A program made the translations under genes and the position numbers. This document shows, piece by piece, positions 31,535-40,000 of a stretch of 40,000 nucleotides of DNA (position 1 is its first letter; each line of letters begins with the position of its first letter). This DNA is from Candidatus Limnocylindrales bacterium. Lineage in GTDB: Bacteria > Acidobacteriota > Terriglobia > Bryobacterales > Bryobacteraceae. The notes below the pieces were generated by a model. That model was not told the origin of the DNA. It did not search any database and was given only the letters and a program-made list of their open reading frames with translations. Location of the stretch: positions 1-40,000 of the forward strand of contig DATNFO010000075.1 of NCBI GenBank assembly GCA_035606355.1. The letters are read 5' to 3'.

Positions 31535-33375
31535 TTGCCCTCCTGTTTGACGATCTCATCGGTGACGGTGCGCGCATCCAGCGGCAAACCGCCGTAATAG
31601 CGGACGCTGCGCAGCTTGGCGAGCAGCTCCACCGGATATTCCAGGCGCATCAGCCCGAGCAGTTGGGCATCGCGGTTCTGGTCGACGACGTAGACACGGT
31701 CATGGCGGCGAATGAAGTCGGCCAGGTGCGGAGTGAAGGGATAGGCCTTCAGCCGCAGATAGCTGGCTTCAATATCGTATTCGGCTCTCAACTGGTCCAC
31801 GCTTTCCCGAACGGCGTAGTCGCTGGTGCCGATAGCAACGAAGCCGATCTTCGCCTTCCCGTTGATATTGACTACCGGCTCGGGAACGTGGCTGCGCATG
31901 ACCTCAAACTTGTGCGCGAGGCGGTCCATGTTGTTGATGTAATCGTCTTCGCGCTCGGTGTATTGGGCCTTGTCGTTGTGGCCGCTGCCACGCGTAAAAT
32001 AAGCGGCTTTTTCGTGGCGCGTGCCCGGGAGCGTACGGTAGCCGACGCCATCGCCATCCACATCTTTGTAGCGCGCAAAACCACCGAGCTTCTGCAGATC
32101 TTCGGCGTCCAGCACCTTGCCGCGATTGATGGGCTTGGTGGGGTACGCAAATGGATCCGCCATCCAGTTGTTCATGCCGAGATCCAGGTCCGTCATGACG
32201 AAGACGGGGGTCTGGAACTTCTCGGCGAACTCGAAGGCTTCCATGGAAAGCGTGAAGCACTCCTCGGGCGAGCACGGGAAGAACAGCGGATGCTTGGTAT
32301 CGCCGTGGGAGAGGAAGGCGGTGGTGAGCAGGTCGCCCTGCTGCGTGCGGGTGGGCAGACCGGTGGACGGCCCCACGCGCTCCACGTCAAAGACGACCGT
32401 CGGGATTTCCGCGTAATAGCCGAGCCCGATGAATTCGCTCATGAGCGAGATGCCGGGACCGGCAGTAGCGGTCATGGACCGGGCGCCGGCCCATCCGCCT
32501 CCGAGAGCCATCCCGATGCTGGCGAGTTCATCTTCCGCCTGGACGATCGCGTAAGTAGCTTTGCCCGTTTCCGGGTCCATGCGGAAGCGGCGCATATAGC
32601 CGATGAGGCTTTCGACGAGCGAGGACGATGGCGTAATGGGATACCACGTGACAACAGTGACACCGGCGAACATGGCGCCCAGCGCGCACGCGGAATTGCC
32701 ATCAATGATGATCTTGCCGGCCGTGGCGTTCATACGCTCGACGCGGAACGGATCGGATTTTTTGAGATTCGCGGAGGCGAAATCGTAGCCTGCCTGGGCG
32801 GCCCCCCAGTTCAGGTCGGCGGCTTTGGCTTTCTTTTTGCCGAACTGTTTGACGAGGGCTTTGCGCACCTCGGTCATATCGATATCGAGAAGTTGGGCCA
32901 CGACCCCGTCGTAGATCATGTTGCGCACGAGCTTGCGCAGCTTCGCCTCGGGACACACCGGTCCGACGAGCTTGTCGAAGGGGACTGGATAAAAGTGCAA
33001 ATCGTTGCGCAGTTCGCTGAGCTTCAGCGGCTCATCGTAGACGACGGCAGCGCCGGCATCCAGCTTCATGACATCTTCGCGCGCAGTCTCCGGGTTCATG
33101 GCGACCAGAAAATCGATCTCCTTGCGGCGACCGATGTATCCGTGCTTGCTGGCGCGGATGGTAAACCAGGTCGGCAGGCCGGCGATATTGGACGGGAACA
33201 TATTTTTTCCCGACACCGGAATACCCATCTGGAACAGCGATCGCATGAGGACGGTATTGGCGGTCTGGCTGCCTGAACCGTTGACGGTGGCGACTTGAAT
33301 GCTGAAGTCGTTGACTACCGAATGAATGGCCTCGCGGGATACCGGTTCGGCCGGGGATACCTCTAATGTAGACAT
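31531..33375 (-). CDS. korA: 2-oxoacid:ferredoxin oxidoreductase, alpha subunit
   Basis: 614 aa. N-terminal FSIQVATVNGSGSQTAN and the central AGVTVVTWYPITPSS pattern are typical of KorA/OorA-type alpha subunits. Confidence 0.85.
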   Translation of the reverse strand: MSTLEVSPAEPVSREAIHSVVNDFSIQVATVNGSGSQTANTVLMRSLFQMGIPVSGKNMFPSNIAGLPTWFTIRASKHGYIGRRKEIDFLVAMNPETAREDVMKLDAGAAVVYDEPLKLSELRNDLHFYPVPFDKLVGPVCPEAKLRKLVRNMIYDGVVAQLLDIDMTEVRKALVKQFGKKKAKAADLNWGAAQAGYDFASANLKKSDPFRVERMNATAGKIIIDGNSACALGAMFAGVTVVTWYPITPSSSLVESLIGYMRRFRMDPETGKATYAIVQAEDELASIGMALGGGWAGARSMTATAGPGISLMSEFIGLGYYAEIPTVVFDVERVGPSTGLPTRTQQGDLLTTAFLSHGDTKHPLFFPCSPEECFTLSMEAFEFAEKFQTPVFVMTDLDLGMNNWMADPFAYPTKPINRGKVLDAEDLQKLGGFARYKDVDGDGVGYRTLPGTRHEKAAYFTRGSGHNDKAQYTEREDDYINNMDRLAHKFEVMRSHVPEPVVNINGKAKIGFVAIGTSDYAVRESVDQLRAEYDIEASYLRLKAYPFTPHLADFIRRHDRVYVVDQNRDAQLLGLMRLEYPVELLAKLRSVRYYGGLPLDARTVTDEIVKQEGK

Positions 33376-33677
33376 CGGTAAGGTTTCCTTAGTTGGGGAG
33401 TGTGGCCCTGAACACGATCGGTACTGATTATATAGGAAGTACGGAAAGGCGGCGTGCTGGGGTGTCTAACAGCTCAGGGCGCTTGCTCCACCACGATAAT
33501 TTCAGGATAGCAGGGGAATGAGGAGGGTGGCTCAATTCAAGTTTGGAGCGTGAGGAAAACAAGAGTAGTTGCGCTGGCTCTCCGCCATTGCAGGATGTGT
33601 TTCGCGGGTGCCGGATTGGCACCGAAGCGCCGCGAAACGCCGGGAAGCGACCGCAGGGCCACGGAATAGCTCTGCGA

Positions 33678-33718
33678 ATAGAGAGGGCCGCCGAAGGGTA
33701 GCCCTCTCTATCCGTTTT
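33678..33718. terminator. GC-rich hairpin downstream of the small membrane protein gene
   Basis: ATAGAGAGGGC (33678-33688) pairs with GCCCTCTCTAT (33701-33711). A TTTT run follows only on the plus strand, so orientation is ambiguous. Confidence 0.45.
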
Positions 33719-33740
33719 GAATACAGCCTGTCTGCGATCG

Positions 33741-33944
33741 TTATTCTACGGCTTTCCAGAGAGTGATTCCCCAGAGGGCGGCGCCTAGCAAGCCAAACCC
33801 TACGAGCACCTTGATCGTGAGAATGGCATTTTCGGCGAAGGTGAGCTTACGCGGCGCGGGCGATTCGGTTGTGCCCACAACTTCCGCTACGGCTGAACAC
33901 GCTTCGCCCTGCCGCCCGGTCTCGATTTCTTTTTGAATATTCAT
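33741..33944 (-). CDS. Small membrane protein (67 aa)
   Basis: ATG 33944 with AGGAG 8 nt upstream. C-terminal TM helix ILTIKVLVGFGLLGAALWGITLW. Confidence 0.5.
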   Translation of the reverse strand: MNIQKEIETGRQGEACSAVAEVVGTTESPAPRKLTFAENAILTIKVLVGFGLLGAALWGITLWKAVE

Positions 33945-34042
33945 TATGCAATCTCCTGTTTCGGTTCGCTGTAATTTCGTCTGCGCAGATAGACCGGTGC
34001 AACACACCGGCAAGCGGCGCAGTCTTGTGGAAAGTGGCGTTG

Positions 34043-34438
34043 TTACGAGATTGCGACTGGAGGTGAACGCCCGCTATGCGCCTGCGAAGCCCGCCGGGAT
34101 TGCGGCCGAGCGTTTTCGCCGCGTCTTAGCAACCGTCCGCGGTCCGAAGCTGGACCACGAAGGGGAACAAGAGTGTAAGGCGAGTCGATGGCGGTACGCT
34201 GCCTTGGATGATCGAATCGCGGACTGCCCGGGTTCACCAGGATTGTTGGCGACGGACCAGCAATGGCTGATAATTGGACGGACGGATCGCATTGTTCATC
34301 CGGGATGCCAGTCGACAGCAGGGGAGCGCAAACGGAGGCGGCGAGGGCAACGCAAAGCAACGCGCGCCGGCTCGACGCACGAATTTTAATTGCTGCCGTC
34401 ATACCTATTCCCAGACTAGCAAACGGAACGGAATTCAT
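34043..34438 (-). CDS. Doubtful ORF with signal-peptide-like N-terminus
   Basis: RRALLCVALAASVCAPLL looks like a signal peptide, but the remainder is Pro/Arg-rich low complexity. A competing plus-strand ORF lies at 33946-34389. Confidence 0.25.
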   Translation of the reverse strand: MNSVPFASLGIGMTAAIKIRASSRRALLCVALAASVCAPLLSTGIPDEQCDPSVQLSAIAGPSPTILVNPGSPRFDHPRQRTAIDSPYTLVPLRGPASDRGRLLRRGENARPQSRRASQAHSGRSPPVAIS

Positions 34439-34483
34439 CTTGCTCCCGCTATTCCGACGTGCTGCAAAAGCAGATCAAGCGCC

Positions 34484-35770
34484 TCAGCTGAATAAGCTGC
34501 TCCAAACCAGGACCACCGTAAGCGCGATCATGACTACGCTCGTCCCTCCTGCTACGACATTTGCCGTGGCAGAATTCTTGTACTTCCCCATCAGCGCCGT
34601 CTTGTTGACCAGCAGAAGCATGAACGTCAGCACAAAGGGCAGAAGGATTCCATTAGCCACCTGAGAAACAAGAATCACCTGGAGCAATGGGAGCCGCGGA
34701 ATGAGCACGAATCCCGCACCGAAAACGATCAGCGCAGTGTAGAGGCCGTAAAAGATTCGCGCTTCATTGAAGCGCCGATCGATTCCAGACTCGAAGCCGA
34801 GCCCTTCGCAGATGTTGTACGTAGTCGCCAGCGGCAAAATGGCGGCGGACATCAGCGATGCGTTAATCAGCCCAACCCCGAATAATAGAGCGGCGAAGTG
34901 GCCAGCGAACGGAGCCAGGGCCTTGGCCGCTTCGGCAACGTCCGAGATGTCTCGATGGTTCGAGCCATAAATGGTTGCCGCACAGGCAACGACGATGAAG
35001 AATGCAATCACATCCGTCACGACACAGCCCAAAATGACGTCGATCCGGCACAGGTTGAGGTTTTTTTGAGATATCCCCTTTTCGACCACGGACGCCTGCA
35101 AATAGAACTGCATCCATGGAGTGATCGTCGTTCCGATCAAGCCGACAATCATGGCGATGTATTCCGGTTGATGGCTGAATTGAGGGACGAGCGTGCTGTC
35201 GAGCGCCAGTTTCCAATCTGGATGGGCTAAAAACGCGGACACGGGATAGGCGAAATAGATCAAGGAGAGCAACAGCAGCATGCGTTCAACGTGTTTGTAT
35301 GAGCCGCGGACGACAACGGCCCAAACCAACGCCGCCCCGACAGGGACAGATGCGTACTTACTGATCCCGAACATGCCAAGGCCCGACGCGAGTCCCGCAA
35401 ATTCGGCGGCGATATTTCCGAGGTCCGCCAACCCAAGAACGGCCATCGTGAAAAACGTCATCCGAAGACCGAATTCTTCACGAATGAGATCGGAAAGGCC
35501 CTTCCCTGTGACAGCGCCCATGCGCGCGGCCATTTCCTGGACCACGATCAGAGCGATAGTCGTGGGGATGAGTGTCCACAGCAGGTTGTAGCCATATTTT
35601 GCGCCAGCCTGTGAATACGTGAGGATCCCGCCCGGATCGTTATCGACGTTAGCTGTGACAAATCCAGGACCGAGTACCGCAAGGAACGCTACCAGGCGAT
35701 AGGAAAGGATGCGTAGCGGAGATGCCGCCAAGCGGCGCCGAAGATGCCTAGGCTCATTGTGCGCTCTCAT
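34484..35770 (-). CDS. mntH: Nramp-family divalent metal (Mn/Fe) transporter
   Basis: Start set at ATG 35770. GPGFVTANVDNDPGGILTYSQAGAKYGYNLLW matches the Nramp signature region. About 11 TM segments. Confidence 0.8.
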   Translation of the reverse strand: MRAHNEPRHLRRRLAASPLRILSYRLVAFLAVLGPGFVTANVDNDPGGILTYSQAGAKYGYNLLWTLIPTTIALIVVQEMAARMGAVTGKGLSDLIREEFGLRMTFFTMAVLGLADLGNIAAEFAGLASGLGMFGISKYASVPVGAALVWAVVVRGSYKHVERMLLLLSLIYFAYPVSAFLAHPDWKLALDSTLVPQFSHQPEYIAMIVGLIGTTITPWMQFYLQASVVEKGISQKNLNLCRIDVILGCVVTDVIAFFIVVACAATIYGSNHRDISDVAEAAKALAPFAGHFAALLFGVGLINASLMSAAILPLATTYNICEGLGFESGIDRRFNEARIFYGLYTALIVFGAGFVLIPRLPLLQVILVSQVANGILLPFVLTFMLLLVNKTALMGKYKNSATANVVAGGTSVVMIALTVVLVWSSLFS

Positions 35771-35935
35771 GTTGTTTATGCCATGGACCAAAGGCCATCG
35801 GAGAAATTGCGGACGGGAATGGCGCTCCAACAAGGGCGCGGATTCGACACACTGCGGGCCAGGTCCGGATGTGTCGGATTAAGATCCACGGCCAGCCATC
35901 ACTGGCACTTCTGATCGTGACGAAGAGTTCGTGGA

Positions 35936-36013
35936 CTAATCGGTAGGGCAGAGATTCGGAGGTTCCGCCGATTCGCCCTGATCGTCGCGCGGAGTTCCGC
36001 AGCCGTCAGTCAT
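35936..36013 (-). CDS. Candidate 25-aa upstream small ORF in the mntH leader region
   Basis: Translates as MTDGCGTPRDDQGESAEPPNLCPTD. AAAAGGAGGG (36028-36019) ends 5 nt upstream of the ATG (36013). The stop is 165 nt upstream of the mntH start. Confidence 0.3.
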   Translation of the reverse strand: MTDGCGTPRDDQGESAEPPNLCPTD

Positions 36014-36153
36014 CGTGGCCCTCCTTTTCTCTTGAATTTGGCATCGCGAGGTGGACGCCTCTCTCAGCGTACACCTGCTCCCGATGGGTTGTAAATGTCG
36101 AATATTTCCGGGAACGTAGAGCAAGCTGACGAGACCTTCGCGCGATGCGGCTC

Positions 36154-36540
36154 TCACCCCACCTTACTCGCGCGCACGCCGCTCCACTGTTCGGCCACCA
36201 CGATCGAATTCGCCGGATTGCGCGGATCGTACTTCACCGACACTGGACCGATCGCCGCCAGATCCACCGGCAACAACTCCTTCAACGTGGAAATATCCTG
36301 CGTGGCAGTGTACTCGACTCCGCGCACAGCGTACGAGTAGATCAGCAGGTCTTCGCGGACGTCCGCGAGCGTCGCGTCGCTAATCTTGCCGGTCTGCACC
36401 AGGACGGTGCGGCGCTGGCGCTCCCGTTCCTGCGGCGAAATGCGCGACTGCTTCCACGCCCGGTAGCCCATGATAGAGACCAGGACAAGCAGAACAATCG
36501 CCAGCGCAATGGTAACGGTTTCCGCAGCCGAAAACGGCAT
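36154..36540 (-). CDS. DUF3592-like membrane protein
   Basis: Start set at ATG 36540. N-terminal TM helix (VTIALAIVLLVLVSIMGY), then the LLIYSYAVRGVEYTATQ pattern typical of DUF3592. Confidence 0.55.
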   Translation of the reverse strand: MPFSAAETVTIALAIVLLVLVSIMGYRAWKQSRISPQERERQRRTVLVQTGKISDATLADVREDLLIYSYAVRGVEYTATQDISTLKELLPVDLAAIGPVSVKYDPRNPANSIVVAEQWSGVRASKVG

Positions 36541-36556
36541 CACTACTGTTAGTGTA

Positions 36557-37219
36557 TTACCGACCCGCGGGCGTTTCCTGGAACGTCTTGTTCCAATCCT
36601 TGAGGAACTGCTCCAACCCGCGATCGGTGAGCGGGTGATTGAACAGCATATCCAGGACCTTGAACGGCATGGTACCGATGTCGGCACCGGCTTCCGCGGA
36701 TTCGATGACGTGAACCGGCGAGCGCAGCGACGCAGCGAGCACCTGCGTTTTGAAACTGTAGTTTTGATAAATAAGGACGATCTGGCGAATCAGGTCCATG
36801 CCGATTCCGCCGATGTCGTCGATACGGCCCACGAACGGACTGATGATGTAGGCGCCGGCTTTCGCGGCAAGCAGCGCCTGTCCGGCGCTGAAACACAGCG
36901 TGACATTCACGCGAATGCCTTCCTTCGAGAGGGCGGAACAAGCCACGATGCCGTCGCGCGTAAGCGGCACTTTCACCACTACATTCTTGTGAATTTTCGA
37001 GAGGTTTCGGCCCTCGGAAATCATCGTCTTGGAATCCGTGGCCACCACCTCGGCGCTGATATCGCCGTCGATGATGGAACAGATCTCGCGAATGTGCTCT
37101 TCGATCGGGCGGCCTTCCTTGGCGATGAGAGACGGGTTTGTGGTTACCCCGTCCACGATGCCCCATGCGGCGCCTTTGCGCAACTCGTCGAGATTGGCCG
37201 TGTCCAAGAAGAATTTCAC
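36557..37219 (-). CDS. tal: Transaldolase, short Fsa/TalC-type
   Basis: GTG start at 37219 with GGAGGG upstream. [12 protein letters not shown]...GVTTNPSL...VKVP...NVTLCFS...ISPFVGR motifs. 220 aa. Confidence 0.85.
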   Translation of the reverse strand: MKFFLDTANLDELRKGAAWGIVDGVTTNPSLIAKEGRPIEEHIREICSIIDGDISAEVVATDSKTMISEGRNLSKIHKNVVVKVPLTRDGIVACSALSKEGIRVNVTLCFSAGQALLAAKAGAYIISPFVGRIDDIGGIGMDLIRQIVLIYQNYSFKTQVLAASLRSPVHVIESAEAGADIGTMPFKVLDMLFNHPLTDRGLEQFLKDWNKTFQETPAGR

Positions 37220-37297
37220 GCGTTTACCCTCCGGGGATTGCTTCCCTGAGTGTAGCAAAGCCGCGGCGTCCGGAGCCTTCCTGCGGATGGGTACAAT

Positions 37298-38635
37298 ATG
37301 AAGATAGTGTCCGGGAAAACCTTCTACATCGAAACATTCGGCTGCCAGATGAACGTGCACGACTCCGAAAAAGTGATCGGCACGCTGCTGGAGCAAGGCT
37401 ACGCGCAAGTGGATGAGCCGGAGAATGCCGGACTCGTGCTATACAACACATGCAGCATTCGCGATAAGGCCGAACAGAAGGTCTTCAACCGGCTGCAGAA
37501 CTTTAAGCGCGATGCCGGCAAGGGCAAGATCTTCGGCGTGCTCGGCTGCGTAGCGCAGCAGGAAGGCGAGAAGATTTTCGACCGCGCGCCGCATGTAAGC
37601 CTGGTCTGCGGGTCGGCGAGCTATCCCAAATTCGGCGAATTGCTGGTGCAACTCGAAGCCGGAGAGCGCCGCGTCACCGGCCTGAGCCTGGACACCGAAG
37701 AGACGTTCGATACGCCGTTCACGCGCCGCGACAATCCGCACCGCGCCTACATCACCATCATTGAAGGCTGCGATAAGAGCTGCGCGTATTGCGTGGTGCC
37801 GTTCACACGCGGCCCGGAGCGCAGCCGCACCGCCGAGAGCGTCATCGCCGAGGCTCGCCGGCTGGCCGAGCAGGGCTACACCGAGATTCAGTTGCTCGGC
37901 CAAAACGTCAACAGCTACCGCGACCCGTCTCCCGCCGGCTGGGACTTCGCCACGCTGCTGGCGCGCGTCGCCGAGGTTGAGGGCATCCGCCGCGTTCGCT
38001 ACACGACGAGCCATCCGCGCGATTTCGTCAAGGAAATCGTGGACGCGATGGACAGCAATGAGGTGCTGTGCGATCATGTGCACCTGCCCGTGCAGTCGGG
38101 GTCGACGAAAGTGCTCGCGGCTATGGACCGGCTGTACACGCGCGACGAGTACATGCGGCGCATCGACTGGCTGAAGTCGGCGAAGCGGAATTATTCGCTC
38201 ACCACGGACATCATCGTCGGCTTCCCCGGCGAAACCGACGAGGATTTCCAGCTGACGTTGGATCTGCTGGAGGAAGTGCAGTACGATTCGCTCTTCAGCT
38301 TCAAGTATTCGCCGCGACCGAACACGGCAGCCATCGCCATGCAGGACGCCATTGCGGAAGACGAAAAGCAGCGGCGCCTTTTGACGCTGCAGGAAAAGCA
38401 GCGCAGCATCCAGATCCGCCGCAACGCGGAGCTGATCGGCTCCATTCAGGAAGTCCTGGTGGAGGGCCGCAACCACGCTCTCGCGCAATGGATCGGCAGG
38501 ACTTCGAGCAATCGGACGTTGAACTTCACGCACGAAACAGTCGGCGGCGACTCGCTGATCGGGCAGTATCTCCCCGTACGGGTGACGCGTTCGGGACCCA
38601 ACAGTTTAGTGGGTCAAAGCGCATCTGTGGTGTAA
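37298..38635 (+). CDS. miaB: tRNA-2-methylthio-N6-dimethylallyladenosine synthase
   Basis: [16 protein letters not shown] (UPF0004 domain), radical-SAM [11 protein letters not shown] and a C-terminal TRAM region. 445 aa. Confidence 0.9.
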   Translation: MKIVSGKTFYIETFGCQMNVHDSEKVIGTLLEQGYAQVDEPENAGLVLYNTCSIRDKAEQKVFNRLQNFKRDAGKGKIFGVLGCVAQQEGEKIFDRAPHVSLVCGSASYPKFGELLVQLEAGERRVTGLSLDTEETFDTPFTRRDNPHRAYITIIEGCDKSCAYCVVPFTRGPERSRTAESVIAEARRLAEQGYTEIQLLGQNVNSYRDPSPAGWDFATLLARVAEVEGIRRVRYTTSHPRDFVKEIVDAMDSNEVLCDHVHLPVQSGSTKVLAAMDRLYTRDEYMRRIDWLKSAKRNYSLTTDIIVGFPGETDEDFQLTLDLLEEVQYDSLFSFKYSPRPNTAAIAMQDAIAEDEKQRRLLTLQEKQRSIQIRRNAELIGSIQEVLVEGRNHALAQWIGRTSSNRTLNFTHETVGGDSLIGQYLPVRVTRSGPNSLVGQSASVV

Positions 38636-38655
38636 TTAAAAACAGGGAGGACGTC

Positions 38656-39144
38656 ATGGAAGTCGAAATGAAGATTCGTGGGCTCATGATGGATCCCGTC
38701 ACCAACATGCCCATCGTCATTCTGAAAGACGTGGGTGGAAACAGCGTGCTTCCCATCTGGGTGGGCGTGTACGAAGCAAACGCGATTGCCCTCGAAATCG
38801 AGAAAGTTTCGACTCCGCGTCCCATGACGCACGATCTAATCAAGACCCTGCTTCTGGGCCTCGGCACGGCGCTGCGCAAAGTGGTGGTGAGCGAACTGAA
38901 GGACGACACATTTTACGCCGTAATCTGGCTGGACCGCGATGGCGAGCTCATCAGCGTGGACTCGCGGCCGAGCGACGCGCTGGCGCTGGCACTGCGGCTT
39001 GACTGCCCGATTTACGTCGAAGAGGCCGTGCTGAAGAGCTCGAGCAAGCTGACCGACGCGGCGGACAAGGTCAACAACAACGAAGAACTGCGGCGCTGGC
39101 TGGAGGGTCTCAACGATGAGGACCTCGGCCGCTATAAAATGTGA
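38656..39144 (+). CDS. Bifunctional nuclease (BFN/DUF151) family protein
   Basis: ATG 38656 after AGGGAGG. MDPVTNMPIVILKD...LPIWVGVYEANAIALEIE...RPMTHDL...DSRPSDALALALR is typical of BFN. The upstream part of track ORF 38068-39144 overlaps miaB and is discarded. Confidence 0.8.
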   Translation: MEVEMKIRGLMMDPVTNMPIVILKDVGGNSVLPIWVGVYEANAIALEIEKVSTPRPMTHDLIKTLLLGLGTALRKVVVSELKDDTFYAVIWLDRDGELISVDSRPSDALALALRLDCPIYVEEAVLKSSSKLTDAADKVNNNEELRRWLEGLNDEDLGRYKM

Positions 39145-39428
39145 GCTCCGACGTTTCGGCGCGGCTCGCCGCCGTGGGAATCCAGTTACTGGCTGAAGCA
39201 AAGGAATACCGGCTGTTCGGCCGCGAGAACTGTGCGGCGTTCATGCACGGTGACAACGCCGGCAGTTCAGGCCTGATGACGGAACACGGTTTGGCGTTTC
39301 TGGTGTGGCGCGGCGAGTTGCCGTTTCTCTCAGCCAAGGGGATGGAGGTGCCGGCGTCGGCCGGGCAGGTGGAGACGCTCCGGCAATTTTCCGAGGATTT
39401 GAAGCGCGCGCTGGAGCCGCGGCCGTGA
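39141..39428 (+). CDS. Hypothetical protein
   Basis: 95-aa ORF. The GTG start overlaps the BFN stop (ATGTGA). GC-rich third positions. No motif. Confidence 0.45.
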   Translation: MSSDVSARLAAVGIQLLAEAKEYRLFGRENCAAFMHGDNAGSSGLMTEHGLAFLVWRGELPFLSAKGMEVPASAGQVETLRQFSEDLKRALEPRP

Positions 39429-39484
39429 GGGATCGGTGAAAAAATCGAGTTGCTTTTACGCCGGCTTCAAAACGCATCCGAATT

Positions 39485-39582
39485 CCCGGCACCGTTTACC
39501 GCTCCCTTACGGTCACGGCTCCGTAAGTGCTGTATGCTGCAAACGGAGCCGCGACCGTGAGGGAGCGGTAAACGCCGCCGGG
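39485..39582. repeat. Long near-perfect hairpin (about 38 bp stem, 18-nt loop) between the hypothetical gene and tyrS
   Basis: 39493-39524 pairs with 39543-39574 (32 positions: one U-G pair, one A-C mismatch on the plus strand). The stem extends through CCCGGC (39485-39490) / GCCGGG (39577-39582) after a 2x2 internal loop. Confidence 0.85.
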
Positions 39583-39596
39583 TAACGAATTTTGCA

Positions 39597-40000
39597 ATGA
39601 CGATCGACGAACAACTGACTTACCTGCGCAAGGGCATGGCGGAGATCATCCGGGAGGAAGATCTGCGTGAGCGGCTCGTGGAAGCCGCCAAGACCGGACG
39701 CAAACTGCGCATTAAGGCGGGCTTCGATCCCACTGCGCCGGACCTGCACCTCGGCCACACAGTGCTGCTGCGCAAGATGAAGCACTTTCAGGACCTCGGC
39801 CACACCGTCATTTTCCTCATCGGCGATATGACATCCATGATCGGCGACCCCTCCGGCCGTAACGCCACGCGCCCCCCGATGACGCGCGAAGCGATCGAGG
39901 CGAATGCGGAGACGTATAAGTCGCAGGTGTTCAAGATTCTGGATCCGGAGAAGACCGAGGTCCGCTTCAACAGCGAGTGGCTGGAGCCCCTGCAATATAT
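39597..40000 (+). CDS. tyrS: Tyrosine--tRNA ligase, N-terminal part (runs off window)
   Basis: My translation is [18 protein letters not shown]...[20 protein letters not shown]...[16 protein letters not shown], containing the HIGH-type HLGH motif. No stop before position 40000. Confidence 0.85.
   Translation, partial: MTIDEQLTYLRKGMAEIIREEDLRERLVEAAKTGRKLRIKAGFDPTAPDLHLGHTVLLRKMKHFQDLGHTVIFLIGDMTSMIGDPSGRNATRPPMTREAIEANAETYKSQVFKILDPEKTEVRFNSEWLEPLQY

Noticed and set aside
31663-33276. 537-aa plus-strand ORF opposite korA
   Set aside because: It is antisense to a confidently identified korA and has no motifs.
35771-36153. Possible Mn riboswitch or Fur/MntR box upstream of mntH
   Set aside because: I could not find the conserved yybP-ykoY elements or a convincing palindromic metalloregulator box by eye. 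A covariance-model scan is needed.
37439-38533. 364-aa minus-strand ORF opposite miaB, and alternate-frame plus-strand ORFs 37761-38174 and 38068-38655
   Set aside because: miaB has unambiguous radical-SAM and UPF0004 motifs in its own frame. Only the last 163 codons of ORF 38068-39144 (from ATG 38656, with an SD) correspond to a real gene, the BFN nuclease.
39429-39596. T-box leader upstream of tyrS
   Set aside because: The region is only 168 nt and is dominated by one long hairpin. I saw no T-box 14-mer or specifier-loop architecture.
1-40000. Search for tRNA, rRNA and CRISPR arrays in all intergenic regions
   Set aside because: I saw no cloverleaf-compatible sequence with a T-loop GTTCRA motif, no rRNA-like segment, and no regularly spaced direct repeats with unique spacers.

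Overview
Visibly GC-rich bacterial chromosome segment; the gene content (korAB, ECF sigma clusters) suggests a soil bacterium such as an acidobacterium, but I cannot verify this. Positions 1 to about 20.7 kb are one prophage that runs off the left edge, with every gene on the minus strand. Reading right to left it has three parts. (a) An early/replication operon of about 8 kb (20662 down to 12508) holds tightly coupled, mostly small and Cys-rich ORFs, plus ASCH and YkgJ-type proteins, a fused primase-polymerase/helicase and an orphan Dam-class methyltransferase. (b) A 590-bp ORF-free, AT-rich junction (11919-12507) carries a strikingly symmetric array of GGWCC repeats. (c) Three small genes are followed by a lambda-type packaging/head/tail module: TerS, GpA-type TerL, gpW, portal, S49 protease with a probable nested scaffold, enlarged decoration protein, capsid E, neck and tail genes. 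No integrase, repressor or endolysin is recognisable in the window. Positions 20.8-40 kb look like host genes: xerD, a CCA/poly(A) polymerase family protein, DUF1992, a six-gene ECF sigma / ZAS-FecR anti-sigma / double ABC transporter operon, korAB, a small membrane protein, Nramp mntH, a DUF3592-like protein, transaldolase, miaB, a bifunctional nuclease, a hypothetical protein and the start of tyrS. I recognised no rRNA, tRNA or CRISPR. The best candidate for something undescribed is the mirror-symmetric GGWCC iteron array, a putative phage origin or switch. Next come the Cys-rich early operon and the anti-sigma factor with a large unassigned sensor domain coupled to two ABC-2 pairs. All family assignments come from motif recognition by eye and need HMM or BLAST confirmation.
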